Positions 46,707 through 55,990 are shown, counted from the stretch's first letter. The stretch is DNA of 64,000 nucleotides from Bdellovibrionales bacterium (GCA_027317865.1 DAHVQG010000008.1:91451-155450), one strand, 5' to 3'. Program-made: numbers and translations. The notes: generated by a model not told the origin, from the sequence alone.

Positions 46707-46955
46707 ATGAAATCAGTCGGTGACATACTTAAAGATCTCGGGTTCAACAAAGACGCGCCACAAAACGCCCAAATCGCATTTTTTCGCCATTTAATATCGG
46801 CGACATGTCAATCACCCGTTATCGATTTTAATTCTGAGCGGCCGCAACACGTGGGGCCAAAAAAGGACAAAAAATTGATGTCGGATAAAAAGCAGGGTGA
46901 ACAGCTTGAATTTGATTTTCTCAAAACCGGGGCGGCCGAGGCTTCGAATTCTTAG
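46707..46955 (+). CDS. Small hypothetical protein with C-terminal QLEFDF motif
   Basis: 82-aa ORF filling the gap between sdhB and a convergent hydrolase; protein-like composition. Confidence 0.65.
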   Translation: MKSVGDILKDLGFNKDAPQNAQIAFFRHLISATCQSPVIDFNSERPQHVGPKKDKKLMSDKKQGEQLEFDFLKTGAAEASNS

Positions 46956-47839
46956 TAGCCGGAAGACTCCAAAAATTTGCGAATGCGAAGGTTGACGAAA
47001 TCCGGCATATCGAGTTGGGTGCAATGCGACCCGTACGGGACAAGTTGAAACTCGCTGCCTTTGATCCGCAAATGCATATCTTCTTGATATTTTTGCGGAG
47101 TAACTGAATCCTTTTTGCCACTAATAATCAGCGTTGGAACTCTGATCCGCTCAAACACGGGGCGGCCATCGTAATCCATCATATCCTGAAACAACCGTAG
47201 ATAGGCGGCCATATCAAGCGCGCTCACGCCGCGCAGGTAAATTTCAATATCCTTAATTGACGTAAGCTGTAAATTAAAACCGCCAAGCATAGCCGCAAGT
47301 TGAATGGAAAAGGGGTTGGAGACACCCTTTTCCCAAAGATACGTGATTGTCTCGGGCGCTCGATCAAAACCCGCCTTTAAGTAACGAAAAATTTGACTTG
47401 CTATACCGTTTCCAAACATCTCGGATATCGGATCCGACGCAAAGCCATTAATAAAAACGAGGTCGTGAAAATACTGGGGGGCGAGGTCATAGGCACGCAA
47501 AAGAACTTGTGCACCAAAAGAATGTCCCCAAAAACTTGCTGTTTTGATATCGAGGTGTCGAGTTAGCGCTAAAACGTCGCGCGCTAACGAATCAACGGAC
47601 ATGGTTTGGCGGTCCTTTGGGAGTTCACTTTTGTGATGGCCGCGATAATCAAATACAACAGTCTTATAACCGCCGGAGAATTCTTTTAATTGATACTGCC
47701 AATGGTTAATAAGGCAACCGATACCATAGGCAAACAGCATTGGTTTTCCGCTGCCGCGGACCTCATAATAAATATTTGTGCCATCAAAGCTTTTAAAATA
47801 ACCGGTCTGTTTTTTGATCGGCATTTGGTTCTGGCTCAT
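46952..47839 (-). CDS. Alpha/beta hydrolase
   Basis: DYRGHH, GHSFG nucleophile elbow, GKKDSVTP, GSH. Confidence 0.92.
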   Translation of the reverse strand: MSQNQMPIKKQTGYFKSFDGTNIYYEVRGSGKPMLFAYGIGCLINHWQYQLKEFSGGYKTVVFDYRGHHKSELPKDRQTMSVDSLARDVLALTRHLDIKTASFWGHSFGAQVLLRAYDLAPQYFHDLVFINGFASDPISEMFGNGIASQIFRYLKAGFDRAPETITYLWEKGVSNPFSIQLAAMLGGFNLQLTSIKDIEIYLRGVSALDMAAYLRLFQDMMDYDGRPVFERIRVPTLIISGKKDSVTPQKYQEDMHLRIKGSEFQLVPYGSHCTQLDMPDFVNLRIRKFLESSGY

Positions 47840-48579
47840 TCTTTGTAGGCCACCTTAATAATGGTATTTGAAATCTGAATTTCGTCACCCGCATGCAACG
47901 TTTCGGCCGAAACAGATGAACCATTGAGTCTAACCTCTTTTGGGTGAGGGGTCTCAAAGTATGCAAGCTCTCCTTTAGGACTTACACGAAAGGCCAGCGG
48001 GGGAGATTCGAGAATATGAAACTCCAGAGTATCTAGGCCAAGCTCCCTCGGTCCGTACCCGATCACCCATTGTGTTCCAACTTGCATTCCACGAATAATT
48101 GTTAAAACAAGGAGCGGATCAAATGGCAGAAGTGGTTGTCGCAAATTTCGCACTTTTTTCCGTGCCCGACTAGAAAACTGAGACAAATATTCATCCCAGC
48201 TCAATTCTTTGGGCGTTGGTGCCGCTTGTGGCACAGGAGGCGGCTCAGAGGGAGGGTTTTGAGTCGGACTATTTTGAGAGGTCGTGGGCACATCTTCAGT
48301 TTGGATAATTTCAATCAGGGTACTGCCCGCGCGAAACATTAGCCCAGGGACAAGGCGAATCCGCTGTACCCGTTGCTTTTCAACCCGCAGACCATTAGTT
48401 GAACCCAAATCTACGAGAATGTAATTGCCGGCATCATCTTTTTCAATTTTTGCGTGTCGTCCCGAGATTTTGCGATCGGTTAGAACAATATCGCATCCGG
48501 CCGCGCGCCCCAATACGGCACCATCTTTGACGTCAAACAACTGACCGCTTGCCGAGCCCGAACGAATCTGAAACTTCAA
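47836..48579 (-). CDS. FHA domain protein (intact N-terminal FHA, Pro-rich linker, degenerate C-terminal FHA)
   Basis: LGR...ISGRHA...DLGSTNG; C-terminal LNG...LHAGDEIQI. TTG start at 48579 after GGAGAG. Confidence 0.85.
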   Translation of the reverse strand: MKFQIRSGSASGQLFDVKDGAVLGRAAGCDIVLTDRKISGRHAKIEKDDAGNYILVDLGSTNGLRVEKQRVQRIRLVPGLMFRAGSTLIEIIQTEDVPTTSQNSPTQNPPSEPPPVPQAAPTPKELSWDEYLSQFSSRARKKVRNLRQPLLPFDPLLVLTIIRGMQVGTQWVIGYGPRELGLDTLEFHILESPPLAFRVSPKGELAYFETPHPKEVRLNGSSVSAETLHAGDEIQISNTIIKVAYKE

Positions 48580-48729
48580 AATTGTTCTCTCCGTGCCATA
48601 ATTTATACAGTAAAGCACGGAAAACTTGTACGTCTAAAGCGAACGTGATAAACACGCACGAAAATAGATTGAACGTTATCCTTGCTCCTCCATCGAATTG
48701 TTGGGGCTTTTGAACCGAAAGGAACCTAT

Positions 48730-49278
48730 ATGCCGGAAGTCCAGCAAGAATCGCAAGTGCGTCATTATGAATCGGTGGTTATTCTTCATCCCGATTTGCC
48801 TGAAGCCGACCAAAAGAACTTTTTTAAACGCAGCCAAGAGACAATTCAAAAATTCGGTGGCCGGCTCAACCACATTGATACGTGGGGCAAGCGGCGACTG
48901 GGGAATCCAATTAATAAGCTACGTCTTGGCACGTATTTTCATACGACATTTGAGGCAAAGGGAGATTGCGTTAGTGAACTTGAGCGTCTTATGCGCATCG
49001 ACGATCGCGTGTTGAGGTTTATTCACGTCCGATTGGATGAGCGCAGAAGCCTCGCTCAGCACGTTGATGAATTTCACAAGACACTGGCAGAGGCACATAA
49101 ACGCGAGCAAGAAAAAGAAGCAAAAGCACAGGCACGCCGAGCGGCCATGCAATCTGGTGGTGCGGCGGCTCGTGGCCCGCGGGAAGTAAACTATGGTTCA
49201 AAGCGTGGATTTTCAGCTGGTTCGAACCAAATCGAAAATAGTCAAGACGATGTAGAAGATTCCGGCGAGGAGCTCTAA
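48730..49278 (+). CDS. rpsF: 30S ribosomal protein S6 with long C-terminal extension
   Basis: YESVVILHPDL, WGKRRL..PI, ELERLMRIDDRVLRF. Confidence 0.93.
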   Translation: MPEVQQESQVRHYESVVILHPDLPEADQKNFFKRSQETIQKFGGRLNHIDTWGKRRLGNPINKLRLGTYFHTTFEAKGDCVSELERLMRIDDRVLRFIHVRLDERRSLAQHVDEFHKTLAEAHKREQEKEAKAQARRAAMQSGGAAARGPREVNYGSKRGFSAGSNQIENSQDDVEDSGEEL

Positions 49279-49279
49279 A

Positions 49280-50179
49280 TTGCAGAACCGGCCGGCATTT
49301 TTAAAAATTCCAGCACTGCTTTTATGGACTGTTGTGCTGGCTTTATTTACTGCAATTCTCGGGGCTGCACCGCTTAAGGCCCTTCGTACAACAATTGGGC
49401 AATTGCGCTACTGGGCTGTTGGTTTTTTATTAGCTGTGGGCTTTTTGGTTTTTCATTTGTACTTGCTTGGTTTCGTGGTTGGAGCGCAAGTTATTTTGAT
49501 TGGCACTTACGGTGAATTCGAAGATCACGGGCTGTCGCTTCGGCGAGCAGCCGCACTTTCAGTGGTCATTTCATCATTAGCTTCAGCATCGGCCGTTTTT
49601 TTATGGGCAGCGTTTACTAATAAAGACCTTTACCAAACATTGATATCTTGGATAGGCCTTTTCTTAAAAAGAGCCGCTGAGATGAAAATACCGATTTTTG
49701 AGGGATTAAAGCCACAATCTCTGATCTATCAATTGCCTTCGGCGCTTGTGATCTTTCTAATTCTTTCTCTTGCGCTTGCGCTTATTTTAGAGCGGCCGAT
49801 TTCACGGTGGGCGGGTCTTGCCGTCGAACGCAAGGCAAAGCTTGCCGATTACAAAAATCCCGATTTTTTAATTTGGATTCTAATTTTGTCCGTGTTGGGG
49901 ACATTTCTTCATGATGGCACAAAACCACTGCAGCTATTGTCGCTTAATGTTTTAAACATCTCGATTTTGGCTTACTTCTTTCAAGGTTTAGGGGTTCTGG
50001 GAACTTATTTTGAAGTTTTTCAAATAGGAATAATCTGGCGATTGTTGTGGATTTTGATATTAGTTATACAGCTTCCCATTGTGTTGAGTATTGTTGGAGT
50101 AGCGGATTATTGGCTTGAATTTCGGCAGTTTTTGATGAGAAAAGCAGCCCAACTTAAAAAGAAAAAAATCGGCGATTAG
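49280..50179 (+). CDS. YybS/DUF2232-like membrane protein
   Basis: Multi-TM, YFFQGL and GVADYWLEFR motifs; conserved position before rplI. Confidence 0.75.
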   Translation: MQNRPAFLKIPALLLWTVVLALFTAILGAAPLKALRTTIGQLRYWAVGFLLAVGFLVFHLYLLGFVVGAQVILIGTYGEFEDHGLSLRRAAALSVVISSLASASAVFLWAAFTNKDLYQTLISWIGLFLKRAAEMKIPIFEGLKPQSLIYQLPSALVIFLILSLALALILERPISRWAGLAVERKAKLADYKNPDFLIWILILSVLGTFLHDGTKPLQLLSLNVLNISILAYFFQGLGVLGTYFEVFQIGIIWRLLWILILVIQLPIVLSIVGVADYWLEFRQFLMRKAAQLKKKKIGD

Positions 50180-50189
50180 GAGTTTTGAC

Positions 50190-50630
50190 ATGAAAGTGAT
50201 TTTGCAAAAAGACGTAAAAAATGTTGGTAAGGTCGGAGATGTGGTGACTGTGGCACAGGGTTATGCCCGAAATTATCTCTTTCCGCGAAAGCTAGCCGTT
50301 GTTGCCGCTGAAAACAACGTGCGCATGTGGGAGCATTTGAAATCCGTTTCTGAGGCAAAAAAGAAAAAGGCCTTAGCTGAACGCAAGGCATTGCTAGAAA
50401 AGCTTTCCGGCGTAACGTTATCGTTTAAAATGGCGGCGGGAGAAAAAGAAAAGATTTTTGGAGCCGTAACAGCGCATGATTTGTCGCACGAGCTTGAGTT
50501 AAAGGGCTTTTCAGTTGATCGCCGAGACATTCATCTTGAGCCAATAAAAATGCTGGGGCAGCACAAGGCGGTAGTGAGCTTTGGTGACGGAATGGACGCA
50601 GAATTAACCGTCGTTGTTGAAAGAGCCTAA
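50190..50630 (+). CDS. rplI: 50S ribosomal protein L9
   Basis: MKVIL..DV..VGKVGD, GYARNYLFP, IFGAVT. Confidence 0.97.
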   Translation: MKVILQKDVKNVGKVGDVVTVAQGYARNYLFPRKLAVVAAENNVRMWEHLKSVSEAKKKKALAERKALLEKLSGVTLSFKMAAGEKEKIFGAVTAHDLSHELELKGFSVDRRDIHLEPIKMLGQHKAVVSFGDGMDAELTVVVERA

Positions 50631-50854
50631 TCGCAGGCGGAGCGAGATGTCGCTTGTGGGGCGGGTTCTTCTAAAACGGAGTTCAACAAAACATCTTGTA
50701 AATAATTAGCTAATATTTCTCGCAGACGATCTAATGTGACGATTGAGGGGTCAAGATCGGCCTCTTTGATTACACGAAGCAACTCGCGATCGGCGCCGCA
50801 GGCGGGTAAACCGGTTGCAGCAACTAGAGTTTCTAAAAGTTCTTCTCCCTGCAT
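50627..50854 (-). CDS. Small helical hypothetical protein
   Basis: 75-aa ORF filling the rplI-dnaB gap; amphipathic helices (LDRLREILANYLQDVL). Confidence 0.65.
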   Translation of the reverse strand: MQGEELLETLVAATGLPACGADRELLRVIKEADLDPSIVTLDRLREILANYLQDVLLNSVLEEPAPQATSRSACD

Positions 50855-50856
50855 TT

Positions 50857-50874
50857 TAAACCATCCCTGGTTTA
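50857..50874 (-). promoter_or_regulatory. Candidate CsrA/RsmA-binding hairpin over the RBS
   Basis: mRNA sense UAAACC-AGGGAU-GGUUUA: 6-bp stem with ANGGAN hexaloop, ending 2 nt before the AUG. Confidence 0.5.
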
Positions 50875-50975
50875 GCCGTTTCTGACTAGCAACGGCAGTT
50901 ATAATTCATGACAAAAGTAACTGTAAAAAAGGTTAGGAGAAGATCCGGTCGCCAGGCAAGTATCAGTCTGCCGAC

Positions 50976-52427
50976 CTAGACCGTTGGAGCGAAGTTTTTT
51001 GGCTTGCCGCCATGAGGTTGTAGCGGCGTGACACGCCCCCCAGCAGAAGGTCCAGTTGGCGAAGGTGAGAATGGTGCCGGTCCATCAGGACGGTCGATAT
51101 TATTTTCAAATAAACCAAACTCCGGCTGCCAGCGCAACTTTACAACTCCGGTTGGGCCGTTACGCTGTTTTCCGATAATGACTTCCGCAAGACCCTTAAT
51201 TTCCGGCGTATCGCGGTCATAATAATCTTCGCGGTAGAGCATCATGATCACGTCGGCATCTTGTTCTATGGAGCCAGATTCGCGCAAATCTGACAAAAGC
51301 GGCCGACGATCTGACCGGCCCTCCACTCCTCGGTTAAGCTGGGCAAGGGCAATGACCGGAATTTTTAGCTCACGTGCAATTCCCTTTAGGAGTTTTGAAA
51401 TTTCAGAGACTTCGCGTTCGCGGCTTTCAACTTTTTGTTTAAGGCTCATCATTTGCAAGTAATCGACTATTAATAGGTCAAGGCCGTGTCGCGCCTTCAT
51501 CCGCCGCGCCTTTGCGCGAACGTCAAAAGGGCTGAGGGCCGAGGTGTCGTCAATAAAAAGTGGTGCTTCGCTCATGCGGGCTGCCGTATTGATGAGCTTC
51601 GGCCATGCGGATTCAACGATGTTTCCGCTCCGAAGCTGTCCTGCGGGGATGCGCGCCTCACCCGAGAGCATTCTCATCATGACCTGCTCTTTGGCCATCT
51701 CAACAGAAAAGAAGGCAACCGTTTTTTGCGCGCGAAGCGCAGCATTCATGGCAATGTTTAAGCTAAAGGCAGTTTTGCCCATCGAGGGGCGTGCCGCCAC
51801 GATAATTAATTCTCCGGGCTGAAATCCGGCTGTCATTTTATCAAGATCATAAAAGCCGGATGCGATACCGGTCACTTCGCCCTTTAAGGCATACAATTGT
51901 TCAAGCTTTTCTAGACTAAGTTTAACAAGTTTAGACGCATCAACTAGATCGTTTGATTGTGTTTCTTCTGCAATACGAAATATAGAGGCCTCAAGTTCAT
52001 TTAAGAATGTGTCAAGATCAGGGTAATCTTGAGAATAGGCTCTTTCAGAAAAATCATGACCCACGCCGATGACCTGACGAAGAAGTGACTTTTCACGCAC
52101 AATTTCTGCATAGCTCTTAATATTTACTATTGATGGCGTTTGATCCATCATTTCTGCTAGATAACTTGGTCCGCCGACCGCATCGAGTTGGTTATTTTGC
52201 ATCAAATAGTTGGAGATCGTCACGAGGTCCGTTGGTTGGCCCCGGCGGTTCATTTCACGAACGGCAGCAAAAATGATTCGGTGACCGGGTTTGTAAAAAT
52301 CGTTTTCAGTCAGGATGTCCGAGACGTTATCCCAAGCTTCTTGTTCGAGCATTAAGCCGCCAAGAACGGACTGTTCAGCGGGAATATTTTGCGGGGGCAC
52401 CCGCGAATTGACCTCGCCTACGCCCAT
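50976..52427 (-). CDS. dnaB: Replicative DNA helicase DnaB
   Basis: PPQNIPAEQSVLG, AARPSMGKT, VDYLQ, LSDLRESGSIEQDAD, KQRNGPTG; no intein. Confidence 0.98.
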   Translation of the reverse strand: MGVGEVNSRVPPQNIPAEQSVLGGLMLEQEAWDNVSDILTENDFYKPGHRIIFAAVREMNRRGQPTDLVTISNYLMQNNQLDAVGGPSYLAEMMDQTPSIVNIKSYAEIVREKSLLRQVIGVGHDFSERAYSQDYPDLDTFLNELEASIFRIAEETQSNDLVDASKLVKLSLEKLEQLYALKGEVTGIASGFYDLDKMTAGFQPGELIIVAARPSMGKTAFSLNIAMNAALRAQKTVAFFSVEMAKEQVMMRMLSGEARIPAGQLRSGNIVESAWPKLINTAARMSEAPLFIDDTSALSPFDVRAKARRMKARHGLDLLIVDYLQMMSLKQKVESREREVSEISKLLKGIARELKIPVIALAQLNRGVEGRSDRRPLLSDLRESGSIEQDADVIMMLYREDYYDRDTPEIKGLAEVIIGKQRNGPTGVVKLRWQPEFGLFENNIDRPDGPAPFSPSPTGPSAGGRVTPLQPHGGKPKNFAPTV

Positions 52428-52522
52428 AAGCCTAGTCTCCCCCCAAGACGTCTTAGAGATAAATGAGTTTGCGGGACTGATCTAGGATGAAAAAACACGA
52501 TGACCCGCTGATGTCGAAACTA

Positions 52523-52882
52523 TTATGAACTACGTTTATTTCTAGCTCGAATTTTGTAAGTATCAATCTTTTTCTTTAATGTGTTTCGATTAATACCAAG
52601 AATTTGCGCGGCTCGCAGTTGGTTCCCGCGACAGTTCATGAGCGTTAACTCAATGAGTGGTTTTTCTACTTGTTCCATCACAATGTTGTATAGACCGTTG
52701 ATTTCCACTTGCGCGTCCGACTGTTGCCGAAAAAGCACTTCAAGTTTGCTTTTCACAAGTTTTTCAAGGCTAACGGATTGCAAATTGGCCACAAAAAGAT
52801 GATCGGAACTGTTATGTGAAATATGCGAGGGATTATGGGAGTTGTGATGATTGCTGCTTGTCGAACTGGGAGAAGTAGCCAA
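52523..52882 (-). CDS. fis: Fis-like DNA-binding protein
   Basis: LYNIVMEQVEKPLI, GNQLRAAQILGINRNTLKKKI HTH; GGAGG RBS, TTG start. Confidence 0.85.
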   Translation of the reverse strand: MATSPSSTSSNHHNSHNPSHISHNSSDHLFVANLQSVSLEKLVKSKLEVLFRQQSDAQVEINGLYNIVMEQVEKPLIELTLMNCRGNQLRAAQILGINRNTLKKKIDTYKIRARNKRSS

Positions 52883-52904
52883 GGTTCAACCTCCAAAAAA
52901 ATTT

Positions 52905-53537
52905 TTAAACGCCACGGGTAGAAGGTGACCAGATATACTTATGAAGCTGCAATTGCAACCGCGCAGGTGATTTTTCTTTCAAAATTTTTTCTGCCAGCCA
53001 ACGAGGGTCCATTATTTCGAAGCTCGGGCTATAAAGCACGGTGAATTTTTCAGCAATGCAAAACTGCTTGACGAATTGTTCGGACCAATAAAAGTCCTCT
53101 TCGGTTCCAATTACAAATTTAAATTCAGAGTTTTCATAACGATTGAGGTTTTCAATATTAAATCTTCCGAGCTCGCCGCTGCTCGGAGTTTTTATGTCAA
53201 TAATGCATCGAACGCGACAATCAACTTGCCGACAACTGATGTCGCCACTTGTTTCAAGCGACACGCGGTAATTTTCGTTACATAACCGCGATAAAAGCAA
53301 CAAGGATTCTTTTTGCAAAAGAGGCTCCCCGCCGGTCAAACAGACTTGCCGACAGGGGAACGCGCCAATCGCTCGGAGGATCTCATCCACGGTCATTTGG
53401 CGGCCTTCGTAATAGGCATATTTTGTATCGCAATAATGGCAGCGAAGATGACAGCCAGAGGTGCGAACGAATATGGTGGGGAGCCCGACTAAAGTCGACT
53501 CACCCTGGACACTATAAAAAATCTCATTAATTTTCAT
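52905..53537 (-). CDS. queE: Radical SAM protein, 7-carboxy-7-deazaguanine synthase QueE-like
   Basis: EIFYSVQGE, CHLRCHYCDT, LTGGEPLLQ, LETSG, QLHKYIW. Confidence 0.85.
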   Translation of the reverse strand: MKINEIFYSVQGESTLVGLPTIFVRTSGCHLRCHYCDTKYAYYEGRQMTVDEILRAIGAFPCRQVCLTGGEPLLQKESLLLLSRLCNENYRVSLETSGDISCRQVDCRVRCIIDIKTPSSGELGRFNIENLNRYENSEFKFVIGTEEDFYWSEQFVKQFCIAEKFTVLYSPSFEIMDPRWLAEKILKEKSPARLQLQLHKYIWSPSTRGV

Positions 53538-53581
53538 GCTCACCGGCTTTAATTCATGCAGTTCAAACTGTAGACTTATTG

Positions 53582-55924
53582 ATGACAATGACTCAACTAT
53601 TGAAACGTTTCAGCAGGGATATCACGGGGCTTATTTGGCTTTCAACCGGAATTTTTTTGGCCCTGGCTTTGGCAACTTATCACCCCACTGATCCTTCACT
53701 AGATTCCATCGGTAGCCATCTTTTGCCCGTTCAAAATGCGTGCGGGTACTTTGGGTCGTATTTAGCCGATATTTTATATCAGCTATTAGGATTCACGGCA
53801 TGGTTCATTGTTTTCGCAAGCCTGAGGCAGGCATGGCGAAATTTTCTTGGGGAAGAAATTCGAAGTTCACGAATTCGAGGTCTTTGGATTTGCTTATTTC
53901 TTCTAACAGTATCAAGCCTTAGCGCCCTATATTTGCCTGACAAAAGATATTTTTCGGGACAAATCCTTGCCAGCGGGATTCTTGGTAAAATTATTAAAAA
54001 TTCACTTGTTAAAGTTTTTAACCCAACGGGCGTCGCTGTAATACTTTGGACGTTAGCGCTCATCTGGATCGTGTTTTATACAGAAAAATCACTTGGTCAA
54101 ATTCTTAAGTCACCAAAAAAAATTCTACACCATTTATATTTTCCCTTAGGGCGCGCGACGGGGTTCGGCGTTCGGGCGTTGCCAACGATTTTTGCAAAGC
54201 TTTCTAAATTATTTGAGACGCCAAAGATTTTAACTGAATCCGTTGTCGTGAAATCAAGTTTAAATAGGGCCGAACCGTTTCTGCCAATAGTTAAAAGCGA
54301 AGACAGCGAACCGATTCAAGAAGCTCAAGTAGCTCAAGTAGAGGCGCCCGCAGAAGCCCCAAAGAGACGGCTTATTAGTTTAAAGAGACCGGTTCCGACA
54401 CGAGTCGAAAACTGGGATCTGCCAAAGCTTTCAATGCTCGAAGATCCGCCGTATGACCGTAAAAAAGTCGACGAGCGTGAAATTCGCGACAAAGCGCAAA
54501 GGCTTTTGAACAAACTAAAACATTTTGGAATCTCGGGGGAAGTGGTTGGGGCTAAGCCGGGTCCGGCGGTGACACTATTTGAGTTTAAACCCAACGCCGA
54601 CGTGAAAATAAGCCGGATCACGGATCTTGCCGATGACCTTTCTCTCGAGCTCAGTAGCGAATCGGTGCGAATTATCGCGCCGATACCAGGGCGTGATGTT
54701 GTTGGGATTGAAACATCGAACTCTTCTCGCGAAACGGTATATTTAAAGGAAATTTTAGCCACCGAAGAGTTTTGGGATGAAAAAATCGCGCTTCCTCTAA
54801 CACTCGGATGCGAGGCCGACGGATCTCAAAAGGTCGTCGATTTGCGGAAAATGCCGCACCTTTTAGTTGCGGGCACAACGGGTTCTGGCAAATCTGTGTT
54901 TGTTGTTTCGATGCTTACTGGGCTTTTATTTCGGCACTCGCCAAAAACACTCAAACTAATTTTAATTGATCCCAAGCAAGTCGATCTTGCGTCATTTTCT
55001 AAAGTGCCGCACCTTCTAATGCCGCCGATTCGTGAACCGAAAAAGGCCATCAATGCGCTTCGTTGGGCAATCCGCGAAATGGAAAAGCGCTATCGTTCAA
55101 TGGCAAAATTTGGCGCCCGCGATCTAGAATCGTTTAACAGAGAGGTTGGCAAGCTGAATGCAGCGCAATTAGGCGAACATGAGCAGATCAACCAAGAATT
55201 TGAGTCGGCTCTTAAGGCCAATCAAACCTACTATTTTTCCACTCAGCCGTACACGATCATTGTTGTTGAAGAGTTTGGCGATTTAATGGCGGTTGATAAG
55301 AGCAATGTCGAAACCTGTGTCGTGCGGTTGGCGCAAATGGCACGCGCTTGCGGGATCCATTTAATTTTAGCCATGCAAAGTCCGCGAAGAGACGTCGTGA
55401 CGGGGCTTATTAAAACTAATATTCCGGGGCGTGTAAGCTTTAAGGTTGCGAGTAAAATGGACTCGCGGATCATTTTGGATGAAAGCGGGGCCGAGCGTCT
55501 TTTATCGCGCGGGGATATGCTGTTTTTGGCACCAGGAGTATCAAAACCCCTTCGACACCACGGACCGTGGGTGACGGATAGTGAAATTCAAAGTGTTTGC
55601 CAATTTTGGACAAATCAGGCCGAGCCGGAATTTGATCCGACTGCAATGCGCGCGCTTGACGGAGCTCCAGCATCCAAAGAGGGCTTAGATTCAGACGAGG
55701 AGCTGCCCTTCGATGGCGCCGACGACGACTTTGATGAACGGTACGATGAGATATTGGCGTACGTTTCAACGCAAAAAGAAATTAGCGCCTCCCACATACA
55801 AACGCGTTTTCGTTTGGGTTACCCGCGCGCGGCGAGACTCATTGAGGTCTTTGAAAGCCAAGGCGTTGTGGGCCCGGCAAATGGCAGCAAAAAACGCCAA
55901 GTGCTCGTAAGTGAACTCAAGTAG
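53582..55924 (+). CDS. ftsK: DNA translocase FtsK
   Basis: N-terminal TM domain, PHLLVAGTTGSGKS, IDPK, gamma domain (GYPRAARLI). Confidence 0.96.
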   Translation: MTMTQLLKRFSRDITGLIWLSTGIFLALALATYHPTDPSLDSIGSHLLPVQNACGYFGSYLADILYQLLGFTAWFIVFASLRQAWRNFLGEEIRSSRIRGLWICLFLLTVSSLSALYLPDKRYFSGQILASGILGKIIKNSLVKVFNPTGVAVILWTLALIWIVFYTEKSLGQILKSPKKILHHLYFPLGRATGFGVRALPTIFAKLSKLFETPKILTESVVVKSSLNRAEPFLPIVKSEDSEPIQEAQVAQVEAPAEAPKRRLISLKRPVPTRVENWDLPKLSMLEDPPYDRKKVDEREIRDKAQRLLNKLKHFGISGEVVGAKPGPAVTLFEFKPNADVKISRITDLADDLSLELSSESVRIIAPIPGRDVVGIETSNSSRETVYLKEILATEEFWDEKIALPLTLGCEADGSQKVVDLRKMPHLLVAGTTGSGKSVFVVSMLTGLLFRHSPKTLKLILIDPKQVDLASFSKVPHLLMPPIREPKKAINALRWAIREMEKRYRSMAKFGARDLESFNREVGKLNAAQLGEHEQINQEFESALKANQTYYFSTQPYTIIVVEEFGDLMAVDKSNVETCVVRLAQMARACGIHLILAMQSPRRDVVTGLIKTNIPGRVSFKVASKMDSRIILDESGAERLLSRGDMLFLAPGVSKPLRHHGPWVTDSEIQSVCQFWTNQAEPEFDPTAMRALDGAPASKEGLDSDEELPFDGADDDFDERYDEILAYVSTQKEISASHIQTRFRLGYPRAARLIEVFESQGVVGPANGSKKRQVLVSELK

Positions 55925-55961
55925 CGCACTCACGCACCCTCAATCGGCGAAAACCTTACTC

Positions 55962-55990
55962 TTGCGAAATTAAACGACCGCGTCTAAGCT
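55962..55990 (+). promoter_or_regulatory. Candidate sigma70 promoter for the TPR-dapAB-tal operon
   Basis: TTGCGA-N17-TAAGCT, 11 nt upstream of the ATG at 56002. Confidence 0.45.

Noticed and set aside
52905..53537. queE as part of a 7-deazaguanine DNA-modification (dpd) defence island
   Set aside because: No dpdA, queC, queD or other island genes nearby; the context is housekeeping.
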